Assembly (NCBI GenBank): GCA_963700155.1
Contig: OY969472.1
Coordinates: 176,271 to 240,270 of the forward strand
DNA length: 64,000 nucleotides
Reading direction: 5' to 3'
Source: an uncultured bacterium
GTDB taxonomy: Bacteria > Patescibacteriota > Dojkabacteria > J137
Position 1 is the first letter of the stretch, and every line of letters begins with the position of its first letter. Both the position numbers and the translations under genes were made by a program. The notes under the pieces were generated by a model that made no database searches, was not told where the DNA came from, and saw only the letters and a list, made by a program, of their open reading frames with translations. This document shows positions 47,409 through 57,906 of this stretch, one piece after another.

Positions 47409-48362
47409 TTAGCCTTCAATTTGTGCAAAATCAGCAATATCAATCTGATCTAAATGATAGCCATCTGTAATCAAAGTTATTAATAATCGATTAATTCTTT
47501 CCATTACCTCAAGTTTAACTTGATAATCTTTTATATTTTGTACAGACTGAAGTAAGAAGTGATAATTATTATAATCATGAGAGCCTCTTTCATAAACTGT
47601 AGAATTTCTTAAGATATCAATATAAAGCTGAACTTGTTTGTCATCCCACGTTCTTATATCATCAACACTTACCTGCATTAAAGGGAGAGCGCATTCTCTT
47701 TCTGCAAATTCAATTTCATCTTCCGAATCAGGATTATCCATTGGTAGTCCTCCATTCATACCATAACAGGTTTTTATCCATTTATCCGGCAGTACATGAA
47801 TAGGAGCTCGCTGAGAATGCGCTCTCCCGACTTTTGTACTAAAAAACTCTGCTCTTTTATGATCTCTTGCATTCACCTGCCCCATAATATTTTCAGAACT
47901 TCCACCTTCATCATAAATATCATCACCTAATAGCAATACATCAATCAACCCTTCAATATGTGAGAGAGAATACTGATTTTTCCCAGATCCATTTTTTGCT
48001 GCAAAAATAAATTGAGGTGCATTTGAATAAGTTAATAAACTTTGATAAAGTGAGAACCTTTTCATCAGCTCATAATATTTAAGTAGTCCTCCGTTTAAAG
48101 GGGTGCATTCAGCTAAATTTACACCTCGTTCAATATAGTCTTTAATTTCATTAAATAAAAAATCAGAAAAATTATTTATATGATCGATTATATGTTGAGG
48201 AACTAATATCTCATTCTTTCTAGTTGAAGGATTTACAAAAGTTACCACATCAAGACCTGGTAAACTAATTCTTAACTGCTCTGCAAATATGTCTAGGTCA
48301 TCTTGCCTAGTGGCTTCGAAAGGAAACGTTGTTAAAACTCTGTTTGACATCAAAAAAAACAA
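47409..48362 (-). CDS. Hypothetical protein (possible weak phosphoesterase-like LLLGDDIYDEGG motif)
   Basis: ORF only. The motif resemblance is weak. Confidence 0.4.
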   Translation of the reverse strand: MFFLMSNRVLTTFPFEATRQDDLDIFAEQLRISLPGLDVVTFVNPSTRKNEILVPQHIIDHINNFSDFLFNEIKDYIERGVNLAECTPLNGGLLKYYELMKRFSLYQSLLTYSNAPQFIFAAKNGSGKNQYSLSHIEGLIDVLLLGDDIYDEGGSSENIMGQVNARDHKRAEFFSTKVGRAHSQRAPIHVLPDKWIKTCYGMNGGLPMDNPDSEDEIEFAERECALPLMQVSVDDIRTWDDKQVQLYIDILRNSTVYERGSHDYNNYHFLLQSVQNIKDYQVKLEVMERINRLLITLITDGYHLDQIDIADFAQIEG

Positions 48363-48504
48363 AAGGGTAACTTTGGATTCTATAAAAATTTTTTTAAAGA
48401 ATCAATACCTTATATTGTACAAAATACTTCCTTTGATTAATCTTTAGACTAAGTTATAATTTTCAACACTAGGCATATTGTTCCTATATAATATATTTTA
48501 GGAT

Positions 48505-50376
48505 TTGAACATGTGTGGGATTGTTGGATTTTCGGGAGAAGGAGATAGTTATGCTCTAAAGAGAATGACTGATTCAATTTATCATAGAGGACCTGATGAT
48601 GAAGGATTCTTAGAGACAGGTCATTTTTCATTAGGATTTCGAAGACTTGCAATAATCGATTTAACTCCTAATATTTATCCAGTAAAAAATGAAGATGAAG
48701 ACATTTTTGTTTTCTTAAACGGAGAAATTTACAATTATCAGGATATTAAATCTGAATTAATTAATCGTGGCCATAAATTCTCTACAGAATCAGATACAGA
48801 AGTTATCGCTCATGGATATGAAGAGTGGGGAGAAGAAGTATTGAATTATCTTCGAGGTATGTTTGCTTTTATGCTTTATGATAAGAAAAAAGACCATATC
48901 TTTATTGCAAGAGATAGATTAGGAATAAAACCTTTATACTATGCTGAATTTAATAATCGAATAGTTTTTGCTTCAGAAATTAAAGCTTTGTTTGCGGGTT
49001 TTGAAATTGACAGAGAACCAGATAAAGAAGTCGTTTTAAAGTTTCTGTTAGCAAGAGTTCACGATGATACAAAATCTACATTTTTCAAAAATGTAAAACG
49101 ACTTCTTCCTGGACACTTTATGATTATCGACAATCAAAATAATTTTAGAATTCAAAAATATTGGGAACCAACTTATAACAAAGACTTTTCAATTTCAAAA
49201 CCCGCCCAAGAGTATATTGATGAATTTAGGGATATTTTTACTGAAGCAATGAATCTTCATCTTATTGCAGATGTTCCAGTTGGTGTAACACTTTCTGGGG
49301 GATTAGATTCAAGTGGAATTACTGCTCTTGCTGCAAAACTTTACAGCGAATCCAATAATGAGCATATAAATGCTAACAAGCAGAAAATGTATTCATTTTC
49401 TGCAATACACCCAGGCGAAACTATAAACGAAGAAGAATATATTGATTCAGTAGTTGAAGCTACAAATGTTGAACCTATAAAAATACAGCCTGAAATTGAT
49501 AAATTTTGGGATGATTTAGATATCTGGACATATTTTCAAGAAGAACCAGTAATAAGTGGAGCTCCATATGCTTATTACACAGTGATGAGAGAAGCACGTA
49601 AATACGTAACTGTTTTGTTAAGTGGTCAAGGTGGGGATGAATTACTCGCTGGATATCTTCCATATTTTATGACTTATTTACAATCTGCATTTTCAAGTAA
49701 TAAATATTTCACAGCAATAAAAGAAATATTTGCCGGTAAAGATTTATACTGGAAATATTTTTTTGATAAAATAGGAAAACAATTTTCTAAAGGAAATTAC
49801 CTTGATCCCAATTTTATGATTATTAAAGGTGAAAACGAGGTAAATTATAATTTCTCAAACTATAAAAACTTAAATGAAAGATTATTTAAAGATGTTACCT
49901 CTCTAACTACTCCAAGTTTATTAAGATATGAAGATAAGAATTCGATGGCAAACTCTCTTGAATCAAGAGTTCCTTTTTTTGACCATCTTGTTGTTGAATA
50001 TATATTTAATCTTCCGATCGAAATGAAGTTAAAAAACGGTTGGACTAGATATATTTATAGAGAAGCGATGAAAGGGATTATTCCAGAAAAGAACAGGTTA
50101 AGAAGAAGCAAGATTGGTTTTACAAACCCTGAATGGGAATGGATTGAAAGAAAGAAAGAAAACTTTTTGGGAGTATTTGATTCTCAAAGTTTTAGATCTA
50201 GAGAATTCTGGGATGCAGATAAAGTTATTCACGAATTCTTGAATACTCTTGATGGTAAAAGAAAGGGCGACTTATTAATATTCTGGAGATTATTCTCAGT
50301 AGAAATGTGGTTGAGGAAATATGTAGATAACTTTCAAGTTATGGATACTTCAAAACTAGTTTACTTCAGAAGTTAA
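48505..50376 (+). CDS. asnB: Asparagine synthase (glutamine-hydrolysing)
   Basis: N-terminal MCGIVGF (Ntn Cys2). PP-loop SGGLDSS. Overall length fits. Confidence 0.9.
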   Translation: MNMCGIVGFSGEGDSYALKRMTDSIYHRGPDDEGFLETGHFSLGFRRLAIIDLTPNIYPVKNEDEDIFVFLNGEIYNYQDIKSELINRGHKFSTESDTEVIAHGYEEWGEEVLNYLRGMFAFMLYDKKKDHIFIARDRLGIKPLYYAEFNNRIVFASEIKALFAGFEIDREPDKEVVLKFLLARVHDDTKSTFFKNVKRLLPGHFMIIDNQNNFRIQKYWEPTYNKDFSISKPAQEYIDEFRDIFTEAMNLHLIADVPVGVTLSGGLDSSGITALAAKLYSESNNEHINANKQKMYSFSAIHPGETINEEEYIDSVVEATNVEPIKIQPEIDKFWDDLDIWTYFQEEPVISGAPYAYYTVMREARKYVTVLLSGQGGDELLAGYLPYFMTYLQSAFSSNKYFTAIKEIFAGKDLYWKYFFDKIGKQFSKGNYLDPNFMIIKGENEVNYNFSNYKNLNERLFKDVTSLTTPSLLRYEDKNSMANSLESRVPFFDHLVVEYIFNLPIEMKLKNGWTRYIYREAMKGIIPEKNRLRRSKIGFTNPEWEWIERKKENFLGVFDSQSFRSREFWDADKVIHEFLNTLDGKRKGDLLIFWRLFSVEMWLRKYVDNFQVMDTSKLVYFRS

Positions 50377-50439
50377 AACAATCTTGCCAAAATTCACTTC
50401 TACGCTGTAAAATCCACGCATAAATAATACTTATTTTCT

Positions 50440-50808
50440 ATGGAGAAATTTAAAAGAATAAATACTATATTTAAAGATGCTGGTATTGCTTTTAATTATG
50501 AGATGGAGCAGATATTTACAACCGATAAAATTCGAAAATATCTCTTTGAATTTTATGAAACATTACAAGAATGGGAAAGAATGGGAAGATTAGATAGAGA
50601 GCCTGATTATATTATTGGCAGATTTATTAATGCCTATGTAGAAATTCAAGGATATGAACATAATTGGAGAAAAAGACATAATTTCCCTCCAAAATTTAAA
50701 CTTTTACAGAATTTTGCTCTAGATAATAAATCTGGGACTTTTAAAGAATATTGCTTTGTGAAATACGGGTACAATATCGAAACTGATGAATATATTTCTG
50801 AGTCTTAG
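50440..50808 (+). CDS. Hypothetical protein
   Basis: ORF only. Confidence 0.4.
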   Translation: MEKFKRINTIFKDAGIAFNYEMEQIFTTDKIRKYLFEFYETLQEWERMGRLDREPDYIIGRFINAYVEIQGYEHNWRKRHNFPPKFKLLQNFALDNKSGTFKEYCFVKYGYNIETDEYISES

Positions 50809-50814
50809 ATGAAT

Positions 50815-51156
50815 TTATCCTTCTTTTGAATCATCTTTATTACCATTAATCATTTCCATCATTATATTCAAAATCAATCCATATCCAACTGTCTCTCTAA
50901 TTTTTTGATCAAAATATTGTTCAATTTCAACTAACATTTTTGCTGCTTGTTCAATATTTCCAGCTTCGGCATATGAAGATACAACTATTCTTAAATTTTC
51001 AGCATCTGCTGCTCTATCCTCAGGTAATCCGGATAATATTACATCTAATAATGCAATAAAGTTTGTTTCTGAAGGATCAAATGTATATTTATTCATTGTA
51101 TCAACTGCTCTTTTGTCAAAATCTGATGCTTCAAGTTTAATTTGATTTATTGCCAT
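50815..51156 (-). CDS. Hypothetical protein
   Basis: ORF only. Confidence 0.4.
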   Translation of the reverse strand: MAINQIKLEASDFDKRAVDTMNKYTFDPSETNFIALLDVILSGLPEDRAADAENLRIVVSSYAEAGNIEQAAKMLVEIEQYFDQKIRETVGYGLILNIMMEMINGNKDDSKEG

Positions 51157-51197
51157 TAATTGTATCTAAAAATTAAATTATTAAATTCTAGCACAAC

Positions 51198-51578
51198 CTA
51201 TTTCAACTCAATAGCTTCTTTGATTAGAGACTTCAATGCAGCTTCATCTATATGATCATTTTCATAGAAATCTACTGCTCTAACAGTTTTACTATCTAAA
51301 CGGGTATTAAAGATTTTTTTTGGATCTTTCAGCTTTGCACCATTAAAAAATGTTAATCTAACTCTATTCTTAAGAATATTTCCTACACATATTATTCCAT
51401 CATGAGACCAAACAGGAACTCCGAGCGGATTTGAATGCATCTTCCATTTTACTTCCTCTACAATTTCTGGGTCAGATTCTTTTATTATAGATCGAAGTTC
51501 TGACATTGTTTTACCACGCCAGTCGCCAGAGCTTTTGATAATAGCTTCTATTTGTTCAGATATAGATAAATCTTTCAT
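51198..51578 (-). CDS. DUF1801/YdhG-like small protein
   Basis: Spacing and composition (W..KTMSELR...VKWKMHSNP) resemble the DUF1801 family. Confidence 0.4.
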   Translation of the reverse strand: MKDLSISEQIEAIIKSSGDWRGKTMSELRSIIKESDPEIVEEVKWKMHSNPLGVPVWSHDGIICVGNILKNRVRLTFFNGAKLKDPKKIFNTRLDSKTVRAVDFYENDHIDEAALKSLIKEAIELK

Positions 51579-51604
51579 ATTAATTTATATAACAATTAAT
51601 ATTA

Positions 51605-52849
51605 TTAAATAAGACTTTTTATCTCTTCAAGTTCTACAATTCTTGAACTATCTTCATTCCTATTCTTTATTTCAAGTTGGGTTCCTGTTTTTTTAGAAAC
51701 AACAACTCTCAAAGGAATTCCAATTAAATCAGAATCTGCAAACTTTTCTCCAGCTCTAGTATCGACTCTGTCATCATAAAGAACATCAAAACCCAAATCT
51801 GTGAGCGTTTTGTAAACTTCTTCTGCCCTGTTATTTACTTCAACTTCTTCAAGATTAAGCCCTACAAGATGAACTTGAAAAGGAGCTAAAGATTTTGGCC
51901 ATACAATTCCTTTATCATCTGAAAGTTTTTCAACAACAACTCCCATTAACCTTGTTATTCCTATCCCATATGAACCCAATATAACAGGCTTTCTGTTTCC
52001 TTCCTCGTCAGTAAAGTAAAGATCTAACTGTTCAGATTTAGTACTCCCAAAACTAAATATATTTCCAACTTCTGCGGTTTTTACCTTTTCAAGTTCATCT
52101 TTTTTAAGATTTAATTGGTTAATAACATCATCACTAAAGACTTCTTCATTTATCGCAATCTTTTTATTTCTATCAAGATAAATTGTATCCTCACCAGCTT
52201 CAGTTATTGTCTGAAACTCATGGCTGAATTGAGTAAATGCACCACCAGAAGCGAAAGTAAAAAATGTATCTTCTCCAATTCCTGCTCTCTCAAATACTTT
52301 TTTGTAGGCTTCTGTTGTCTTGTCATAAATATCCTTATGTGCTTTCTCATCTACAGAATAAGAATACATATCTTTCATAACAAATTCTCTTCCTCTCATA
52401 ATTCCACTTTTAGCCCTTAATTCATTTCTTAATTTAGTTTGAAATTGATAAACATAAACAGGAAGATCTCTGTAACTTGAGATAAATTCTTTCATCATCT
52501 CAGTAATTGGTTCTTCATGCGACCATCCAAATCCAACTTCAGTTCCGTTTTTTAATTGTGACTTAAACCAGACATCGACTTTTTCATCACTCCACCTATC
52601 AGTTTTCTCCCAAAGTTCTTTTTTTTGTAGCGCAGTCATAATAATTTCTTGTCCACCAATTGCATTCATCTCTTCCCGAACAATTTGTTTTATTTTCTCT
52701 AGAACTTTCAAACCGAGTGGAAGATAAGCATATGCTCCAGCCATCTCTTTATGAATAAAGCCAGCTTTTATTAAAAGCTGAGCATTTTTTGATATTTCTT
52801 CAGCTGGTACATTTTTATTAGTTTTCGAAAACAGTTTCGAATATCTCAT
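51605..52849 (-). CDS. proS: Prolyl-tRNA synthetase, short form lacking the INS editing domain
   Basis: N-terminal MRYSKLF..KNVPAEEISKNAQLLIKAGFI..AYAYLPLGLKVLEKI. Class II motif 2 RGREFVMKDMYS. The anticodon-binding C-terminus is present. At 414 aa it is too short for an INS domain. Confidence 0.85.
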   Translation of the reverse strand: MRYSKLFSKTNKNVPAEEISKNAQLLIKAGFIHKEMAGAYAYLPLGLKVLEKIKQIVREEMNAIGGQEIIMTALQKKELWEKTDRWSDEKVDVWFKSQLKNGTEVGFGWSHEEPITEMMKEFISSYRDLPVYVYQFQTKLRNELRAKSGIMRGREFVMKDMYSYSVDEKAHKDIYDKTTEAYKKVFERAGIGEDTFFTFASGGAFTQFSHEFQTITEAGEDTIYLDRNKKIAINEEVFSDDVINQLNLKKDELEKVKTAEVGNIFSFGSTKSEQLDLYFTDEEGNRKPVILGSYGIGITRLMGVVVEKLSDDKGIVWPKSLAPFQVHLVGLNLEEVEVNNRAEEVYKTLTDLGFDVLYDDRVDTRAGEKFADSDLIGIPLRVVVSKKTGTQLEIKNRNEDSSRIVELEEIKSLI

Positions 52850-53110
52850 TTTTATAAAATTAATAATTACGAAAATAAAAAATCGCCCATTAATAAATTT
52901 AGTCTACATCATTTTAAACTAAATTTATTATAAGGACGATTTGAATCGTGTTACCACCTTAATTTGTTTTGATATTTCTACCAAAACCTTAGTAGCTGCT
53001 AATAACAGCCTCCTTATTTCATTTGTACTAGTTAGGGTTCTAGTGAAAGTTACCTTTCAAAGTTTCCTTTCCTGCTCCAAGGCTGGGAACCTTTTCATTG
53101 CAGACTATAG
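52850..53110 (-). promoter_or_regulatory. Putative T-box riboswitch leader of proS
   Basis: The minus-sense AATTAAGGTGGTAACACG (52964-52947) matches the T-box consensus AATTAGGGTGGTACCGCG at 15 of 18 positions. AAGG-[UGGUAAC]-ACGAUUCAAAUCGU-CCUU gives the canonical antiterminator with a 7-nt UGGN bulge. Its 3' strand, AAAUCGUCC, is also the 5' strand of a downstream terminator hairpin (52942-52879) that is followed by UUUUUUAUUUU and lies 30 nt before the start codon. Confidence 0.55.
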
Positions 53111-53361
53111 GATTTTATAGGATAAGAAAATATTAGTCAATAAAACAAAATTCTTTAGGATATAATTCACTATATAAACAAAATATTATATAAAATATAA
53201 CAATTAGATTTTACAAACTACCTATTTTAGGAATATAATCTATACAATTACACAAGGATATGAGAATACTGCTTATGTATATGCTTATTTATAAAAATTA
53301 GTTCTGACTTGAATATTTATGTAATATCAATTAAACTCGAGAACTAAGAATTTATAGTAAC

Positions 53362-54861
53362 ATGCATCCACTTTTAGAAAAACAATTAGAAGAAATTCAA
53401 AACTCCGACAATGAAGTTATAGTAATACCAGGATTAGGAGGACATTCAGGTGCATCCTGGGCCCAAGTATTAAATTCTCACAACAATATTAATTTTGTAT
53501 TAATTTTTAACTCTTTCGATGATGGAGGTGATACTGGCAAAGTTACTGCAGCATTAGGAACACCTTCAATGGGAGATTTTAGAAACACTTTAGGGCATAT
53601 TTGGGAAGTTTCTGGAAATTTCGAATTGAAAAATCTTGCAAGTATTTTTAACCAAAGAGTAAACAATTTTTATGAACTAAAAATACTTGCAAGAGAAGCA
53701 TTAATGCAAATTGCAAAAATATCAGGTCGCAATGAAATCGGGAGGTTTGATATTGAAAAATATATCGATATTTATGAAGCAGAATGTCAAAAACTTGATC
53801 CAGACTATTTATATGGACCTGATGGGAATCTTATTAAACATAATGTTGGTAATATAATTCTTTCTGCCTTATACACACATTTAGGAGGTATTGATGAACT
53901 GGTATACGCTTTTAAGTCATGTTTGTTAATCAATAAAAATATTTATTGTGTTTCAATGGCAGAAAACGAAAATGTTGAGTTAAGGGGAATAGATGAAGAA
54001 GGAAATCTTATTCGTAGAGAGAAAAATATTGATAACCATAGAAAACGAATTGCTTTAAAATCACTTTTTTGTGCAAGAAGAGGTACAAACCCATCAGAAA
54101 ATTACACTACTAAAAATGAGTTTATTAGTGAAGTAATTAAGCTTGCAAAAATGATAAATTTCCCACAAAGTTCACCAAATAATTGGTCAGTAATAACAAA
54201 AATGTATCAAGATGAAATAACTTATGCATTATCAAAAGTAGATCCTGCAATTGCTGTGTGCTGGACTCCAGTAACACAAGAAGAAAATACTTTTGGGATT
54301 GCTGACATTATCTTATACCTTTGGGAAATGTTCCCTAATAAAGTGAAATTTATCATCCCCGAAACACCGGATAGACTTATACAAGAACATTTTTTTGAGT
54401 ACGGTAATATTCTAAAAGCATATAGAAAAGAAGGTAAAACTTTGCAACTTTTTAATTTAAATCAATTTGCAGAAGCTCTATCTTATGTACTTGAAAATTT
54501 TTATCCAAATCTTAATGTATTTACTGGAGAAGAAATATTAAGAAGTATGTACAATGTTTCGGGATCAGTTAGTATTGTATATGACCATCCAGATGGAGAA
54601 GTTTATGAAATTCCTCTAACGTCAGAACAAAGTGATCTTCATGCAAGACTAGCACTTGAAAATAGAGGAATAAAACATAATCCAAAATTTATGACTGAAT
54701 TTATTAAAAGACTTATAGAATCTAATTGGGAATTATCATGTGAAGTATTTAAGGAAATCGAAAAAGAAGTAAATAGTAACTTTAGAAGCTTGGCAAATAT
54801 TGAAACGAGAGAGCTTAAAGTACGACAAGATAATATCAACACAGAATTAGTAGCAAAATAA
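53362..54861 (+). CDS. Divergent CofD/YvcK (UPF0052) family protein
   Basis: VIVIPGLGGHSG... and FNSFDDGGDTGKV...MGDFRNTL match the family GGGTG / DDGGSSG / PGDxRN motif series. The protein is longer than usual. Confidence 0.5.
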   Translation: MHPLLEKQLEEIQNSDNEVIVIPGLGGHSGASWAQVLNSHNNINFVLIFNSFDDGGDTGKVTAALGTPSMGDFRNTLGHIWEVSGNFELKNLASIFNQRVNNFYELKILAREALMQIAKISGRNEIGRFDIEKYIDIYEAECQKLDPDYLYGPDGNLIKHNVGNIILSALYTHLGGIDELVYAFKSCLLINKNIYCVSMAENENVELRGIDEEGNLIRREKNIDNHRKRIALKSLFCARRGTNPSENYTTKNEFISEVIKLAKMINFPQSSPNNWSVITKMYQDEITYALSKVDPAIAVCWTPVTQEENTFGIADIILYLWEMFPNKVKFIIPETPDRLIQEHFFEYGNILKAYRKEGKTLQLFNLNQFAEALSYVLENFYPNLNVFTGEEILRSMYNVSGSVSIVYDHPDGEVYEIPLTSEQSDLHARLALENRGIKHNPKFMTEFIKRLIESNWELSCEVFKEIEKEVNSNFRSLANIETRELKVRQDNINTELVAK

Positions 54862-54901
54862 CTTTCTATGTGATTTAATATTCCAGTATTAAAAAAGATT
54901 A

Positions 54902-55912
54902 ATGGATTCAGATAATAGATTTACGCGGGAAAATATCGACAAAATTATTTATGACCCTACTGATTCTACACTTGTAAGAATTTTAAAAGAATATGTTTTA
55001 ATACCTATACTAGATTTCTTTGCTGTTTATCTTCTTTTCATTTGGACAGATTTATATTTAATTTTCAAATTTGACTACAGATTATTTTTAATAGTATTTG
55101 CTTTTCTTGTTTTTTTAAGTATTGCACAAATTTTTCTAATATTTTTTGAATATTATTCAATTAATATTAATAACTATAGATTTAAGGTAGGTAAAATAAA
55201 AGATTCATTTAAATTTATTTTTATCAGCGATATACATATAGGGAGAAGATATTATGGAACTAACTCTAAAAGATTAAGAAAAATCATAGACAAAATAAAT
55301 AATTTAAATTTAGATTTAGTAATAATTGGTGGCGATTTTGTATGCGATAAGATTGAAGAAGATTTGATAATTGAATTAAAAAAAATAAAAGCTAATTATA
55401 AGTTAGCAGTCTATGGCAATCATGATTGTGATTATCTTAAAGAAGAAAAATTAAAAAAAGAACCGGTAAAACTTTTAGATATTCTCGAAGATGCAGGTTT
55501 TAAGGTTCTTATTAACTCAGGAGAATTAGTAGAAATTAATAATGAGAAAGTCTATATAGGTGGAATTCCTGATTTATATACAAGAAGGTTTGACATCAAT
55601 AAAGCTTTTGAGAAGGCGCCAAAAGATACACCGAAAATTTTGCTTTCCCATAATCCCGATATTATTGACTTTGTTGAAGATTCAGATGATATAGATTTAA
55701 TATTATCTGGGCATAACCACTCCGGAATGATTTACCTAAAACCTTTTGGCGCCATTCTCCCTATGCCTTCAAAATACAAATGGCTTACAAAAGGAGTATT
55801 CGATATTGGTAAACGTACAAAGCTTTTCTTAAGTCAAGGAATTGGATACTCAGGAACAAGACTTAGAATAGGAACCGAGTCTGAGATTGCAGTGATTGAA
55901 CTTAAGAAATAA
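54902..55912 (+). CDS. Membrane-anchored calcineurin-like metallophosphoesterase
   Basis: Two N-terminal TM helices. MPE motifs FISDIHIG, IIGGDFV, VYGNHD, LLSHNPD and ILSGHNH. Confidence 0.8.
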   Translation: MDSDNRFTRENIDKIIYDPTDSTLVRILKEYVLIPILDFFAVYLLFIWTDLYLIFKFDYRLFLIVFAFLVFLSIAQIFLIFFEYYSININNYRFKVGKIKDSFKFIFISDIHIGRRYYGTNSKRLRKIIDKINNLNLDLVIIGGDFVCDKIEEDLIIELKKIKANYKLAVYGNHDCDYLKEEKLKKEPVKLLDILEDAGFKVLINSGELVEINNEKVYIGGIPDLYTRRFDINKAFEKAPKDTPKILLSHNPDIIDFVEDSDDIDLILSGHNHSGMIYLKPFGAILPMPSKYKWLTKGVFDIGKRTKLFLSQGIGYSGTRLRIGTESEIAVIELKK

Positions 55913-55966
55913 TAATAGTTTCAAGTGTGTTAAGATTAGTTCTAATAAGATTTTACTTACTTAGCA

Positions 55967-56341
55967 GTGGATACTAGCAATTGGGATGAAATTATCCCTG
56001 ATTTAGAACTAAAAATAAATTATGCTGAAATCAATAAACTCTTCAGCTATCTATATATCTTCGTCCAAAATTTATCTAAATCCGATTCATATACTCGATC
56101 ACTATTTGCAGAATTCAAACTCAGGATGTTAAATTTAATGGTTGCTTCGAATTTAAATACTTTACGAAATATTTTCACAAATATTGAAGATACAAAACTC
56201 CGTCAAGAAGCTTACAAAATTGTTAACGAAATTACTAATCTCTTAAAAGAAAATAAATTCGATTTTGAACCTTATACAGAAAAAGAGATAGAATTATCTG
56301 TAAAGCAACTAATAGAATTCTTATTCAGTAAAGAAAATTAA
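55967..56341 (+). CDS. Hypothetical protein
   Basis: ORF only. Confidence 0.4.
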   Translation: MDTSNWDEIIPDLELKINYAEINKLFSYLYIFVQNLSKSDSYTRSLFAEFKLRMLNLMVASNLNTLRNIFTNIEDTKLRQEAYKIVNEITNLLKENKFDFEPYTEKEIELSVKQLIEFLFSKEN

Positions 56342-56365
56342 CCCCCAGCATGTTAAAATGCATGG

Positions 56366-57469
56366 ATGTATAAATCAATTTTAAACTTACAAGAACCTAT
56401 AATTGCGCTTTCTCCCATGGATGGAGTTTCTGATGCATCTTTCAGATTTATTACTAAGAAATATGGGAATCCTGACATTGTTTTCACAGAATTCGTAAAT
56501 GTTATGGGACTTTGCATTGCCGGATACAACACTTTAAAAGAACTTTATTATGATGAAATAGAAAGACCAATTATTGGGCAAATTTATGGAAAAGATCCTG
56601 AATACTTTTATCATGCTGCAAAGATCATTTGTGCATTAGGTTTTGATGGGGTCGATATAAATATGGGCTGCCCCGCAAAAAATGTTTCAAACAGTGGAAG
56701 CGGGGCAGCCCTAATAAGAACTCCAGATTTAGCAAGGGAAATCGTTGCAGCAGTAAAACAAGGTGTCCAAGACTGGGTTGAAGATGGAAAGCTTACAGGT
56801 TTGAATGAAAAGACTTTGGCAGCAGTAAAAAAACAACTTTCAGAATATAAAGAAAGAATTAATACGGCTCCTGATGAAAAATATTTGAATAATGAAGCTT
56901 TAAAAGGATTTAAGAATTTAAAATCAAACTATTCAGATCAGGAGCCAAGATATAAAATTCCTGTCTCAGTAAAAACTAGGATTGGATATGATCATCCAGT
57001 AACAGAAGAATGGATCCGAAATTTAGATAAAGCAGACCCTGCGTGGATCAGCGTTCATGGTAGAACATTAAAGCAAATGTATACTGGAATTGCAGATAGA
57101 ACTGAATTAAAAAAAGCTGTTGAATCAACTGATAAAGCTGTATTAATAAATGGCGACCTGGATACAAAAACTATTGCACTTCAAGCAATTGAAGAAACGG
57201 GCGCCTTCGGCGCCCTTATCGGACGCGGATCATTTGGCAACCCTTGGACATTTTTAAACCCTTTTCCAGATATTTCTTTAGAACAAAAGAAAAAAGTTAT
57301 GATAGAACATACAAAAAAGTTTATAGAATTAAATTCAGAACCGAAAGCTTTTTTTCAGATGCGAAAACATTTTGGATGGTATATGAAAGGCTTTGATGGA
57401 GCAAAAGAACTCAGAATAAAACTACTTCATACAAATAATCTTGAAGAAGTGAAAAATATTCTCATATAA
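56366..57469 (+). CDS. tRNA-dihydrouridine synthase
   Basis: ALSPMDGVSDASFR...IYGKDPE...DGVDINMGCPAKNV has the conserved Dus catalytic Cys context. It carries a long insertion before the C-terminal helical domain. Confidence 0.8.
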   Translation: MYKSILNLQEPIIALSPMDGVSDASFRFITKKYGNPDIVFTEFVNVMGLCIAGYNTLKELYYDEIERPIIGQIYGKDPEYFYHAAKIICALGFDGVDINMGCPAKNVSNSGSGAALIRTPDLAREIVAAVKQGVQDWVEDGKLTGLNEKTLAAVKKQLSEYKERINTAPDEKYLNNEALKGFKNLKSNYSDQEPRYKIPVSVKTRIGYDHPVTEEWIRNLDKADPAWISVHGRTLKQMYTGIADRTELKKAVESTDKAVLINGDLDTKTIALQAIEETGAFGALIGRGSFGNPWTFLNPFPDISLEQKKKVMIEHTKKFIELNSEPKAFFQMRKHFGWYMKGFDGAKELRIKLLHTNNLEEVKNILI

Positions 57470-57475
57470 ATAAAT

Positions 57476-57904
57476 TTAGAAATTCGAATTTTCAATATTT
57501 CTTGCTCTAACACCAGCATTCATACAAATTCTAACAAGCTCTTTCATAGATCCGATAGTATTGTTGCTTACATTAAACACATCATAATCAAGAATTTTGT
57601 ATAATACTAAAATAGCATATTTTTCTTCGGCACCTAATTCATATCCAATTCTTTGTATTGCCCAATACATAAATAATCTAGCTATTTTGCTTGTTGTTTC
57701 GTTGAATAATCCAGAAAAGTTTTGATCTAATATTTCAGCAACATCACTAAATCCTTGGGACATTTCAATATTCTCTGTTACGATTGTCTCAAGAATCTCA
57801 TCAGTTCTTATTGAAAAAGATAATTCTTCAGCATCATCTGATTTTAAAAATTGCCTAGCAAATGCTGCTTCTACTGGTAAGTCATTCCAAGAAAGTTGAT
57901 CCAT
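57476..57904 (-). CDS. Hypothetical protein (last gene of a co-directional block of unknowns)
   Basis: ORF only. Confidence 0.45.
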   Translation of the reverse strand: MDQLSWNDLPVEAAFARQFLKSDDAEELSFSIRTDEILETIVTENIEMSQGFSDVAEILDQNFSGLFNETTSKIARLFMYWAIQRIGYELGAEEKYAILVLYKILDYDVFNVSNNTIGSMKELVRICMNAGVRARNIENSNF

Positions 57905-57906
57905 AA

